DNA of 64,000 nucleotides from the NCBI GenBank assembly GCA_040755995.1, contig JBFMAF010000024.1, forward strand, positions 224,001 through 288,000, read 5' to 3'. The translations under genes and the position numbers were made by a program. Positions 1 through 9,100 of this stretch are shown piece after piece; within the stretch, counting starts at the first letter, position 1; each line of letters begins with the position of its first letter. This stretch comes from Acidobacteriota bacterium (GTDB taxonomy: Bacteria; Acidobacteriota; CAIWXX01). The notes beneath the pieces are model-generated. The model was not told where the DNA came from, searched no databases, and saw only the letters and a program-made list of their open reading frames with translations.

Positions 1-2
1 GG

Positions 3-929
3 GGCAGGATCTGGGTGGAGAGCGAAGGTGTGCCCGGCCGCGGCTCGACGTTCAACTTCACAATCGTCGCGGAGTGGGCCGCTGTGGACAAGGCGAGTCC
101 ACTGGGCATGCCGCACCCGGCACTTGCTTCACGGCGGCTGCTCATCGTCGAGGACAACGACAGCTGCCGCGGGATCCTCGCCGCGCAGTGCAGACTTTGG
201 GGGCTGCACGTCCAGGAAGCGGCTTCCGTCGCGGCGGCGCTGGAGAAGGCCAACGGCAGCGAGCCGCCGGACGCGGTGCTGGTCGACGTGAGCCTGCCCG
301 AGCCCGATGCCCTGGTTCGGCTATCGGATATCAGCAGCATGGCAGGCCCCCATGCGATGCCGCTGATACCGATGGTCCCGATGGGGCGCCGCAAAACCGA
401 CGCCCATGCCCCGCGCGATCAGCGGGCACTGTCAAAGCCCGTGAAGGCCTGGGCGCTCCAACAGGCTCTGCTTCAGGTCTTCAGTCCGGCGGCACCGCCG
501 CCCAGGACCCACAGAACGCCCGCGGCCGCGCCGGCCCCCGCAGCGGGCCGCCCATTGCGGATCCTGCTTGCCGATGACAACGAGGTGACGCGCAAACTCG
601 TACTGATTCTGCTCCAACGACTCGGATACGCGGCGGATGTAGCGGCGGACGGGAAGGAGGTCATCGAGGCGCTGGAGAGGCAGGACTACGACGTGATTCT
701 CATGGACGTGCAGATGCCGAAAATGGACGGATTCGAAGCGACTCGCCGCATCCGCTCCGAGGCGCGTTGCAACCCGTACGTGATCGCGATGACCGCCCGC
801 GCGATGCGGGGGGATCGGGAGCTGTGTCTGAGCGCGGGGATGGACGACTACCTGAGCAAGCCCATACGGCTCGAGAAGCTCCGCACCTCACTAGAGAGGG
901 CGGCCGAGAAGGGACAAGGCAAGGCGTAG
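3..929 (+). CDS. Hybrid sensor histidine kinase/response regulator, C-terminal part (5' truncated by window edge)
   Basis: End of HATPase (GRIWVESEGVPGRGSTFNF), then two receiver domains (LLIVEDND; ILLADDN..ILMDVQMPKMDG..YLSKP). Confidence 0.92.
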   Translation, partial: GRIWVESEGVPGRGSTFNFTIVAEWAAVDKASPLGMPHPALASRRLLIVEDNDSCRGILAAQCRLWGLHVQEAASVAAALEKANGSEPPDAVLVDVSLPEPDALVRLSDISSMAGPHAMPLIPMVPMGRRKTDAHAPRDQRALSKPVKAWALQQALLQVFSPAAPPPRTHRTPAAAPAPAAGRPLRILLADDNEVTRKLVLILLQRLGYAADVAADGKEVIEALERQDYDVILMDVQMPKMDGFEATRRIRSEARCNPYVIAMTARAMRGDRELCLSAGMDDYLSKPIRLEKLRTSLERAAEKGQGKA

Positions 930-1045
930 AGAGTAGAGAGTGGCGGTGGGGCGCCGGCGCCGCGCCACAAACTTGACTCGATCGCAACATTTTTTCGCCT
1001 CAAGGCCGCCACGCCTTTTCCGGGAGTGCCCCCGCAAAAGGTGGC

Positions 1046-1978
1046 TCACTCCATTCGTAGCCGGTCCCGGGCGCGTTCCACGATCTGAAGGGCGACGTCC
1101 AGGGCCCGCCGGGCCTCGATGGCTGTGCACGTCTCTACGCGGCGTGTAGCGATCGAGTCGAGGAACGCCGAGAACTGCACCTTGAGCGGTTCGTCTCTGG
1201 CTACCTCCAATGGGCTCAGCGAGATTGTCGGCCCCTGTTCCTGTCGTACTAGACGATATACCTCGCCCGCCTGCGCCTGGTAGTCCAGAGATATGTAGGC
1301 GTCGGGCTGGAAGACACGGACCTTCCGGATCTTGTCCTTGGAAACTCGGCTGGCCGTGACGTTGGCCACACAGTGATCGAACTCGAGACGGGCGTTGCAG
1401 ATGTCGATCCTCCGGCTGAGGATGGGGACTCCGACCGCCCGCACCTCCCGCGGCATCGCTCTGACCATCGAGAGCACGATGTCGATGTCGTGGATCATGA
1501 GATCGGTGACGACGTCGATGTCCAGGCTCCGTTTCACGAACGTTCCGAGGCGGTGGATTTCTATGAATCGCGGTTCCCTGACCAGATGAAGCGCCGCGGT
1601 CACCGCGGGGTTGAAACGTTCCAGGTGTCCGACCTGCAGCACGCGACCGCTGCGCTCGGCCGCCTCGATCAGGATGTCGGCCTCTGAAAGTGTTCCGGCA
1701 ATGGGCTTCTCCATCAAGCAGTCGATGCCGGACTCCAGCAGAGCCCTTCCCGTGCTCAGGTGGCTTTCGGTCGGCACCGCTACGACCGCGGCATCGACCT
1801 GTCCGATCACTTCTCGAGCTTCGGCCGACCATCGAGCGCCGTGCCGCTCCGCCACCTCCCGCGCCCGTTCGACATTCGTATCGACCACGGTATGGAGCAC
1901 GCAGCCCGGAGCACCGGCCACTACACGAGCGTGCTCCTTCCCGATATGGCCTGCGCCGACTACTGCTACCTTGGTCAT
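1046..1978 (-). CDS. Gfo/Idh/MocA oxidoreductase, probable GnnA-like UDP-GlcNAc 3-dehydrogenase
   Basis: VVGAGHIG Rossmann motif, EKP motif, GHLERFNPA, DLMIHDID; directly downstream of lpxA-lpxI; start taken at ATG 1978. Confidence 0.85.
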   Translation of the reverse strand: MTKVAVVGAGHIGKEHARVVAGAPGCVLHTVVDTNVERAREVAERHGARWSAEAREVIGQVDAAVVAVPTESHLSTGRALLESGIDCLMEKPIAGTLSEADILIEAAERSGRVLQVGHLERFNPAVTAALHLVREPRFIEIHRLGTFVKRSLDIDVVTDLMIHDIDIVLSMVRAMPREVRAVGVPILSRRIDICNARLEFDHCVANVTASRVSKDKIRKVRVFQPDAYISLDYQAQAGEVYRLVRQEQGPTISLSPLEVARDEPLKVQFSAFLDSIATRRVETCTAIEARRALDVALQIVERARDRLRME

Positions 1979-2002
1979 TACCTGCCGTTCAGGCAAATCG
2001 TC

Positions 2003-2815
2003 TCAAGGCGACACGCCGATGACTGCGACGCTCTCTTTGTCCGCCCGTTTGACGACCCTGTCCTTGTCGAAGATGAGAGTGCGGCCGGCCTCGATCGCCA
2101 GGACCCTCGACCTGGTGTGCGCCATGACGTCTATGGTGTCGAGCCCGCAGACCGGGACATCGAAGCGGAAATCCTGGGCGGGCTTGCCGAGCTTGACCAC
2201 CACTGCGCCGGCACCACACAGCTTCGCTGCCCGCCGGATAGTCTCGTCAGTCCCCTCCATGGCCTCCACCGCCACGCATGCGCCAGCTTTCACCACGACC
2301 GTCTGGCCCAGGTCCAGGCGGGTCAGCTCGCGTGCGATCTTGATCCCGTATTCGACCGACTTCATTTCATCAGCTGTGGGTCTCGCCCTGGTAATGTTGC
2401 CCTTGGGTGCCAGAAGGTCCTTCAGAAAGACGGTCGAGTCGACGAGCTTGATTCCCTCCTCGTCGAGCACCTCGGCCACCGCGCCGATGATCGAATCCGT
2501 GTTCTTCTGGCGCAACCTCATCAGGACGGAAACAAGCTTGAGGTCGGGCTTGATCGAGCTGAAAATCGATCGGTGCTGCACCTTGCCGGCCATGATGGCT
2601 CGCCGCACGCCGGCTGCGTTGAAGATCCGGATGAGCTTGCTCAGCTCTCCGAGTCCAACCATGTGGAACTCGTCGGCCACGTCGCGCAGGGACTCGGTCG
2701 CTTCTCCCTGAATGCCGACGACGAGGACGCCGTGACCGCTGGCGCGGGCCTCCTTTGCGACCAGCACGGGGAACTGGGAGGCCCCGGCGATGATCCCGAT
2801 CTTCTCCGGCGGCAC
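2003..2815 (-). CDS. lpxI: UDP-2,3-diacylglucosamine pyrophosphatase LpxI
   Basis: GIIAG..FP N-terminus, DLGQTVVV, AVEAMEGTD, QDFRFDVP motifs; follows lpxA. Confidence 0.92.
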   Translation of the reverse strand: MPPEKIGIIAGASQFPVLVAKEARASGHGVLVVGIQGEATESLRDVADEFHMVGLGELSKLIRIFNAAGVRRAIMAGKVQHRSIFSSIKPDLKLVSVLMRLRQKNTDSIIGAVAEVLDEEGIKLVDSTVFLKDLLAPKGNITRARPTADEMKSVEYGIKIARELTRLDLGQTVVVKAGACVAVEAMEGTDETIRRAAKLCGAGAVVVKLGKPAQDFRFDVPVCGLDTIDVMAHTRSRVLAIEAGRTLIFDKDRVVKRADKESVAVIGVSP

Positions 2816-3627
2816 TAGTCCCCGCCTTCGCCACCCGCCCGCGTGTACGTGCCGCGTCTGCTCGTGCGTATGAAGTGCACCAGGTAGTCGACTTCAGGAT
2901 CCCCGGCCAGCTCACCTTCGATCTGATCGACCGCCTGCCGGGTGTTCAGGCCCGGCTGCAGCAGTCTGCGGAACGCCCTCTGCAGCGCAATAATGGACTC
3001 TGGTGAGAAGCTCTTTCGCCGGAGGCCGAGCGCATTCGGACCGTAGCAGCGCGTGCTGCGCGCGCCGACGGTCTTGGAGTAGGGCAGGACGTCCTTGGTG
3101 ATCACCGAGTAGCCGCCGATGAAGCAATGTCTTCCCAGGCGGCAGAATTGGTGGACTCCACAAAAGGCGCCCAGCGTCACGTGGTCCTCGATTTCGACGT
3201 GGCCCGCCAGCGTCGCGGCGTTCGCGAGGATGCAGTGGTTGCCCACGTGGCAGTCGTGGGCGATGTGAGCATAGGCCATCAGGAAATTGTCATCACCAAG
3301 CGATGTGACGCCCCCGCCGCCCTTTGTGCCCCGGTTCACCGTGACAAACTCGCGCAGGACATTTCTGTTGCCGATGCGGATCACGGTCATTTCACCGGCG
3401 TACTTAAGGTCCTGCGGAGGACCACCGATTGAGACGAACGCCGAGATGCGGTTGTCCTCGCCGATCTCGGTCCAGCCTTCGATATTCACGTGGGGACCGA
3501 TCTGGGTGCCCGCCCCGATCTTCACATTCTCGCCGATCGTGGTGAACGGCCCGATGGCAACCCCCTCGGCTACTTGCGCGGCCGGGTGGACCGCCGCAAG
3601 GCGGTCGATACAACTAGTCTCGATCAC
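2815..3627 (-). CDS. lpxA: Acyl-ACP--UDP-N-acetylglucosamine O-acyltransferase
   Basis: Hexapeptide repeats, PQDLKY, REFVTVNRGT, AHIAHDC. Confidence 0.96.
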   Translation of the reverse strand: MIETSCIDRLAAVHPAAQVAEGVAIGPFTTIGENVKIGAGTQIGPHVNIEGWTEIGEDNRISAFVSIGGPPQDLKYAGEMTVIRIGNRNVLREFVTVNRGTKGGGGVTSLGDDNFLMAYAHIAHDCHVGNHCILANAATLAGHVEIEDHVTLGAFCGVHQFCRLGRHCFIGGYSVITKDVLPYSKTVGARSTRCYGPNALGLRRKSFSPESIIALQRAFRRLLQPGLNTRQAVDQIEGELAGDPEVDYLVHFIRTSRRGTYTRAGGEGGD

Positions 3628-3668
3628 GGCTGCTCCTGGGAAATGAAGTGCCCATCCGGCCGATTCGA

Positions 3669-4112
3669 TCAGATGTCCACCAGGGTCGACATGAACTCGG
3701 CCTCAGCCGCAAGCTGGTCGCCGACGAACGCCTCCCCCTTCATCTTGCAGAATCGAGCTTTCAGCTTGAGCACCTGGCACTGGATGCGGAGCTGATCGCC
3801 GGGCTCGACCGGTCTCCTGAATCGCGCTCCGTCAATGCCCGTGAAGTACACCAGCTTGTTGGCGCGTTCTTTGATTGTTCCGATGAGAAGAATCGCCCCG
3901 ACCTGGGCCATCGACTCGATGATCAGCACGCCCGGCATGACGGGCTTCACGGGGAAGTGCCCCTGGAAGAACGCCTCGTTGTACGTGACGTTCTTGATCC
4001 CTACGATCCGCTTCTCTTCTTCGAACTCGAGGATTCGGTCGACGAGGAGAAATGGGTAACGATGAGGAAGGCGATCCAGAATCGCCTTGATGTTCAGAAT
4101 CTGCTGTTCCAC
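3669..4112 (-). CDS. fabZ: 3-hydroxyacyl-ACP dehydratase FabZ
   Basis: LPHRYPFLLVD, FFQGHFP..PVMPGVLIIESMAQ. Confidence 0.97.
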   Translation of the reverse strand: MEQQILNIKAILDRLPHRYPFLLVDRILEFEEEKRIVGIKNVTYNEAFFQGHFPVKPVMPGVLIIESMAQVGAILLIGTIKERANKLVYFTGIDGARFRRPVEPGDQLRIQCQVLKLKARFCKMKGEAFVGDQLAAEAEFMSTLVDI

Positions 4113-4136
4113 CCTCGAAACTCCTCCCGTCCCAGG

Positions 4137-4688
4137 CTACTTAGGCTGAGGTGGAGTAGCTGCCTCGGGCTTGGTCTCCTGATCAAGGAGCCTGATGATC
4201 TCGTCGGAGACGTCGAGGGACTCATCCGAGACGATGATTCCGGACCGGTTCTTGTCGAATACGAGCGCGTAACCGTTCTCACGCGCGAACTTTTCGATAA
4301 GAGGCAGCACTTTCAGGTTGACCTGTCGCAGGCCCTCCTCCTTCATGTCGTCGAGCTCGGCCTGCGCATCCTCCTGCAGCCGGCGCAGGTTCGTCGCCTT
4401 CTGTTCGACCTCCTTCTCCATCTTCATCCGCGCCTCGTCGTTGAGCGTCAGTGACTGGGTCTGAAGCTTGTTGCGCAGATCGTTGACCTCCTTCGTGACG
4501 GCATCGATTTCGCTCTGTTTCGAAGCCTGGAACTTGTTGAGCTTCTCCAACAGCTTCTTCCCTTCGACCGATCCTCGGATCACCACCTCCGCATCCACCA
4601 CACCCGTCTTCCCCGTCACCGCCTGCGCAGATGCTCCGTAAGCGCACGCGGCCACAATCATGAATGCCAGCGTAATTCTCTTCAACAT
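4137..4688 (-). CDS. skp: OmpH/Skp periplasmic chaperone
   Basis: Signal peptide, GVVD start, long coiled coil, GYALVFD..LDVSDEII end; upstream of fabZ. Confidence 0.88.
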   Translation of the reverse strand: MLKRITLAFMIVAACAYGASAQAVTGKTGVVDAEVVIRGSVEGKKLLEKLNKFQASKQSEIDAVTKEVNDLRNKLQTQSLTLNDEARMKMEKEVEQKATNLRRLQEDAQAELDDMKEEGLRQVNLKVLPLIEKFARENGYALVFDKNRSGIIVSDESLDVSDEIIRLLDQETKPEAATPPQPK

Positions 4689-5041
4689 CTCAGCTCATGC
4701 TCCTCTCATTCGTCATACATTGCGAACACGGAACCGCCCGTCGCGGCGTATTATACGGAAAACAGGTTTCCGAGGGAAGACCTGGACGGGCCCAGCGTGC
4801 GTACCGGCTCTGGGGGCGGTGGCCATGGCTTCTACCTCGTACCCATGGACCGCGCTCGTGCCGCCACCCGAGAAGTACGGCTCGGAAAAGGGCACGGGTA
4901 CGACTCGATAGCGGCGGCCAAGCCCTGCCGCAAGTCCGTTGAGAGCCCATCTCGATATCTCGATCGCGTGCCTTGACGCCGAGCAGAAATTCACTCAGAA
5001 TTAGGTGCTTAGGATTCGCTGCCGCTCAGCTAGGAGGAACT

Positions 5042-5626
5042 GTGCTGGACAAACTCATGACGACCGAAGAGCTGGTCAAGTATCTAAATCTCGACCTCAG
5101 AACGATTTATGGATTCATCAAGAACAGGAAGATACCGGCTATAAAGATTGGCCGCGAGTGGCGATTCCGGAAACGGGACATCGACCAGTGGCTCGACGAA
5201 CACCGCGTGGTGCCGCTCAAGCCCCAGATGGTCAAGTGGAAGGTGCTGGTGGTCGATGAGGAGGAAGATATCCGGAACATCGTCAGCCGCACCCTCTCCA
5301 GAGCGGGCTACGAAGTCGAAGTGGCTTCCGACGGCGAGAGCGCAATCGAGCTCCTCAAGAAGAACTTCTACCACGTCCTCTTCACCGAGATTGGGCTGCC
5401 CGGGATCGGAGGCATCGAGCTGATAGAGGAAGGGCGCAAGTACCATCCGGATCTGCACGTCGTCATACTCACCGGCGCGCCGACCATGGAGAGCGCCATG
5501 GAGGCGGTCAACCTGGCCTGCTCCGGCTACCTCACCAAGCCCTTGAACGACATCAACGAAGTTGTCACGGCGGTGAACAACGCGGTCAAGTCCATCGGAC
5601 GGTCAGAGAAAGAGCAGGAAGGGTAG
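5042..5626 (+). CDS. Excisionase-type HTH (HTH_17) fused to atypical receiver domain
   Basis: LMTTEELVKYL..TIY..IPAIKIGREWRFRKRDIDQWL then VLVVDEE..FTEIGLP..YLTKP; AGGAGG RBS before GTG 5042. Confidence 0.88.
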   Translation: MLDKLMTTEELVKYLNLDLRTIYGFIKNRKIPAIKIGREWRFRKRDIDQWLDEHRVVPLKPQMVKWKVLVVDEEEDIRNIVSRTLSRAGYEVEVASDGESAIELLKKNFYHVLFTEIGLPGIGGIELIEEGRKYHPDLHVVILTGAPTMESAMEAVNLACSGYLTKPLNDINEVVTAVNNAVKSIGRSEKEQEG

Positions 5627-5673
5627 GATAGGTTCCTCGGTCGCGCGATCGACGTGCGGGTGAGGGGTGGCCC

Positions 5674-6327
5674 GTGCCCATACGCCGGTTTCCAGACCCG
5701 CGCGAAGCGAACCCGGACGGGATAGTCGCCCTCGGCGGCGATCTTCATCCCGAGTCGCTCATCCTCGCATACCAGTCCGGCATCTTCCCATGGCCGATCG
5801 GAGGCTATCCGCTGGTCTGGTTCAGCCCCGACCCGCGCGCGATACTCCGGTTCGATGAGATCCACGTTCCGCGGCGCCTCGCGCGGGTCCGGCGCCTCAA
5901 GCCGTACCGGCTGACTATCGATGGGGACTTCGACGGAGTGATCCGCGCCTGCGCGCGGGTCCACGCGGAGCGCTCGGACGGCACGTGGATTCTGCCGGAG
6001 ATGATCGAGGCGTACACCCGATTGCATTGGCTTGGGCACGCACACAGTGTCGAGGCTAGATCTGGAGGCGGGCTGGTCGGAGGCATCTACGGCGTCGACG
6101 CCGGTGGAGCCTTCGCGGCAGAGAGCATGTTCTACACGGCCCCGAACGCGTCCAAGCTCGCTCTGCTCCACCTTATCGAGCACCTCTCGAGCCGCGGGCT
6201 CGAGTGGCTGGACATCCAGGTAATGACGCCCCACATGGCACGGTTCGGAGCCCGCGAGATCCCGCGCGATGATTTCCTGCGAATGCTCGCCGAGAGCCGG
6301 GCCCGCGGTTTGAAGCTCTTCGGGTAG
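5674..6327 (+). CDS. aat: Leucyl/phenylalanyl-tRNA--protein transferase
   Basis: GGDL..AY..GIFPW, WFSPDPR, GHAHSVE, AESMF, NASKLAL. Confidence 0.95.
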   Translation: MPIRRFPDPREANPDGIVALGGDLHPESLILAYQSGIFPWPIGGYPLVWFSPDPRAILRFDEIHVPRRLARVRRLKPYRLTIDGDFDGVIRACARVHAERSDGTWILPEMIEAYTRLHWLGHAHSVEARSGGGLVGGIYGVDAGGAFAAESMFYTAPNASKLALLHLIEHLSSRGLEWLDIQVMTPHMARFGAREIPRDDFLRMLAESRARGLKLFG

Positions 6328-6429
6328 GAGGCGCCGGCCTAGGCCGAGTCCGCACCCAGGTGGTGGTGGGCCTGGGAGGGGGTGAGGCGGCCCCGCCGCG
6401 CGATCAGCAGCCCGGGCCGGCCCACGCAC

Positions 6430-6458
6430 TTGAATCCCGTCTGCCGGCGCATTATGAT
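6430..6458 (+). promoter_or_regulatory. Sigma70-type promoter of the Phd/YefM-RelE TA operon
   Basis: TTGAAT (6430) - 17 bp - TATGAT (6453), followed by AAAGGAGG RBS. Confidence 0.7.
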
Positions 6459-6497
6459 GACTAATATTCGGGTCAACCCGAAAGGAGGTCGTTGATC

Positions 6498-6767
6498 ATG
6501 AGGACTCTCTCTTTATCGGAAGCGAAGATGAAGCTCAGCAGCCTCGTCGACGAGATCCACGATCGGGACGAGGAGTTCGTGATCACTAGAAAGGGACGGC
6601 CGGCGGCGGTTCTGGTCAGCCCGCAGGAGTTCGAGAGCTGGAAGGAAACGGAGGCCGTTCGCGCCGATGCCAATCTCATGGCCGAGGTCCGGAAAGGCCT
6701 GGCTGCCCTCAAGCGGCGCGGCGGGAAGCTCTACACGCTCGATGAGCTCTTCCTCGGCCGGAGCTGA
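6498..6767 (+). CDS. Type II TA antitoxin, Phd/YefM family
   Basis: SLSEAKMKLSSLVD..VITRKGRPAAVLVS..ESWKET. Confidence 0.92.
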   Translation: MRTLSLSEAKMKLSSLVDEIHDRDEEFVITRKGRPAAVLVSPQEFESWKETEAVRADANLMAEVRKGLAALKRRGGKLYTLDELFLGRS

Positions 6768-6770
6768 TGC

Positions 6771-7055
6771 ATGCGGCGTGTCCGTATCCCGGCCGGCATT
6801 GCGGAGCTCGTGCGGGGCCTGCACCCGGAGCTGAAGCGAAAGGTACGCTCAGCACTGGATGAGATCCTGAGGCATCCGGACGGGGGCAAGGCGCTCAAGC
6901 AGGATCTCGCGGGTCTGAGGAGCTGGCGTCTGGGGCGCATTCGGATCATCTACCGAGAGCAGGGGACCGATGTGGTGGATGTGGTAGCTATCGGCCCACG
7001 ACGGACGATCTACGAAGAGACGATCAGGCTGATCCGGCGGGCCGGCCATCAATGA
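6771..7055 (+). CDS. Type II TA toxin, RelE/ParE family
   Basis: 94 aa, GKALKQDLAGLRSWRLGRIRIIY..VVAIGPRRTIY; 3 nt after antitoxin. Confidence 0.9.
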   Translation: MRRVRIPAGIAELVRGLHPELKRKVRSALDEILRHPDGGKALKQDLAGLRSWRLGRIRIIYREQGTDVVDVVAIGPRRTIYEETIRLIRRAGHQ

Positions 7056-7080
7056 GCCTGGTGGCCGCCTGGTGCCGCTC

Positions 7081-7848
7081 TCACACGAAGAACGGGCCGA
7101 CCGCCTCGTATCGGCTTGCGACGTAGATCGGGAAGGGGCTGCCCAGGACGCTCCTGTGCTCGTCCATCGCCACGGACGGCTCGTTGTTCTCCCCCGAAAG
7201 ATGCGACAGGCATGCCCACTTCATCCGGCGTCCCGCCGAGCTCCTGAGCAGCTCGGCTGCCTCTATATTCGAGATGTGGCCGCGGGGCCCCACGATCCGC
7301 CGCTTGAGCCAATCGGGGTAGGATCCTCGCTCGAGCATCTCCGGGTCATAGTTGCTCTCGATGAAGACGGCGTCCAGGGAGGAGACGACGCCCGGAAGCT
7401 CGTAGAAGACGTGCCCGAGGTCGGTGAGGATGCCGAGTCGTTTCCCACAGGCTTCGATGACGCAGGCGACTCCGTCGGCCCCGTCGTGCGGCGTGGGAAC
7501 GGTCTCCACTCGCACCGAGCCGAATTGCAGCGCCTGACCGGCGCGGAAGAACTGCACACGATCGACCTGGCCCAGCGCACACCGTTCGGAGGCTGCGTGG
7601 AGTGTGGCTCGTGTCAGAAAGACGGGCAGGCCGAACTTGCGTTGAAACACGCCCAGGCGGCTCGCGTGGTCTGCGTGATCGTGCGTGATCAAGAGGGCGT
7701 CAACGTCGTGGATGCTGCGGCCATGCATTGACAGGCGCTGCTCGGCCTGCCGGCCGCTGATCCCGGCGTCGACGAGAAGTCGCGTGCCGGCGGCTTCGAC
7801 GTAGATGCAGTTGCCGCTGCTGCCCGACTGCAGGGCGATCGCGACCAT
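7081..7848 (-). CDS. MBL-fold metallo-hydrolase (YycJ/WalJ-like)
   Basis: SGSSGN, LVDAG, THDHADH, TPHD, TDLG, ESNYD, GHISN; GGAGGA RBS before ATG 7848. Confidence 0.9.
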   Translation of the reverse strand: MVAIALQSGSSGNCIYVEAAGTRLLVDAGISGRQAEQRLSMHGRSIHDVDALLITHDHADHASRLGVFQRKFGLPVFLTRATLHAASERCALGQVDRVQFFRAGQALQFGSVRVETVPTPHDGADGVACVIEACGKRLGILTDLGHVFYELPGVVSSLDAVFIESNYDPEMLERGSYPDWLKRRIVGPRGHISNIEAAELLRSSAGRRMKWACLSHLSGENNEPSVAMDEHRSVLGSPFPIYVASRYEAVGPFFV

Positions 7849-8022
7849 GTCTCCTCCGAAGTGACGCAGGTGATGCTGTGTTGTCATCTGACTCACGCGA
7901 CATTGTATCATCCGTGGCGGACGCGCGGAGATCTGAACGGAGCGGCTCGCAGACGACCAAGGCGTCGAACGCAACGGCGATGCCACCAGACTATCCGAGG
8001 CCGGCCGGCCCGCCCGCCGGGG

Positions 8023-8051
8023 TTGACAGGTCCGCCGGGCGCTTCTAATCT
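8023..8051 (+). promoter_or_regulatory. Sigma70-type promoter of the GTPase gene
   Basis: TTGACA (8023) - 17 bp - TAATCT (8046), 21 nt before ATG 8073. Confidence 0.65.
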
Positions 8052-8072
8052 TCTCCTAGAGGAACGGTTCGC

Positions 8073-9059
8073 ATGCCTGCTAATCTGTCGCCCGAATACA
8101 AGGCCGCCGACGCGCGTTTCAGGCAAGCTGTGACACCCGACGAGAAGCTCGAGGCGTTGCAGGAGATGCTCGCTACCATCCCCAAGCACAAGGGCACGGA
8201 GAAGATGCAGGCGGACCTCAAGAAGCGCATCGCCCGGATGAAGCTGGAAGAGGAGCAGCGGGAGAAGCATGGCAAGCGCGGCGGGCAGTTTCGTGTGGAG
8301 AAGCAAGGGGCGGGGCAGGCCGTGCTGGTGGGCTTCCCAAACGTTGGCAAGTCGTCGCTGGTCGCGGCGATGACGAATGCGCACCCCGAGGTGGCCGACT
8401 ACCCGTTCACAACGCACCTGCCCGGTCCGGGTATCATGCCGTTCGAGAACGTGCAGCTTCAGCTGGTGGACACGCCCCCGCTGACGGAGGACATCATGGA
8501 GCCCTGGCTGCCCGATCTGGTCCGGCGCGCTGACATCGCTCTGCTGGTGGTGGACGCCGGGAGCGATGATGCACTGGAGCAGGTGGAGATGGTGCGGAAG
8601 CGATTCGCGGCGATGCACGTCGACCTCACGAGCCGCGACCCCGGCGGCACGGACAGGCAGCATCTTCATCGCCGCACCCTGCTAGTCGCGAACAAGTCGG
8701 ATGCGGCCGGCGCGGAGGATCGGTTGGAGATTCTGCGCGAGATGTGCGGCGCCGAATTCACGATCCTTACGGTCTCGGCAAAGACGGGCCACGGCCTGGA
8801 GGACTTCCGGCGAAGCGTCTGGGAATTCATGGAAAAGATCCGCGTCTACACGAAGGTGCCGGGCAAGAAAGCGGACAAGGGCCAGCCATACGTGCTGCAG
8901 CGAGGCAGCACGGTTCTGGATCTCGCGTCTTCGATTCACAAGGACTTCGTGGCCGGCCTGAAGTCCGCGCGCATCTGGGGATCGGGCAGCCACGACGGCC
9001 AGCAAGTCTCCCGCGACCACGTCCTGAGCGAGGGGGACATCGTGGAACTGCACCTCTGA
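8073..9059 (+). CDS. OBG-family DRG-like GTPase with C-terminal TGS domain
   Basis: PKHKGTEK N-terminal motif, GFPNVGKS, YPFTT, DTPP, NKSD, VSA, TGS (RVYTK..IHKDF..ARIWG..HVL.EGDIVE). Confidence 0.9.
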   Translation: MPANLSPEYKAADARFRQAVTPDEKLEALQEMLATIPKHKGTEKMQADLKKRIARMKLEEEQREKHGKRGGQFRVEKQGAGQAVLVGFPNVGKSSLVAAMTNAHPEVADYPFTTHLPGPGIMPFENVQLQLVDTPPLTEDIMEPWLPDLVRRADIALLVVDAGSDDALEQVEMVRKRFAAMHVDLTSRDPGGTDRQHLHRRTLLVANKSDAAGAEDRLEILREMCGAEFTILTVSAKTGHGLEDFRRSVWEFMEKIRVYTKVPGKKADKGQPYVLQRGSTVLDLASSIHKDFVAGLKSARIWGSGSHDGQQVSRDHVLSEGDIVELHL

Positions 9060-9100
9060 GCGGCACGCGGGCCTGAGCTCGATCCCAGGGCTCACAGCCG

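Noticed and set aside
4713..4994. Short ORFs between skp and the HTH regulator
   Set aside because: No RBS or motifs; likely a divergent promoter region
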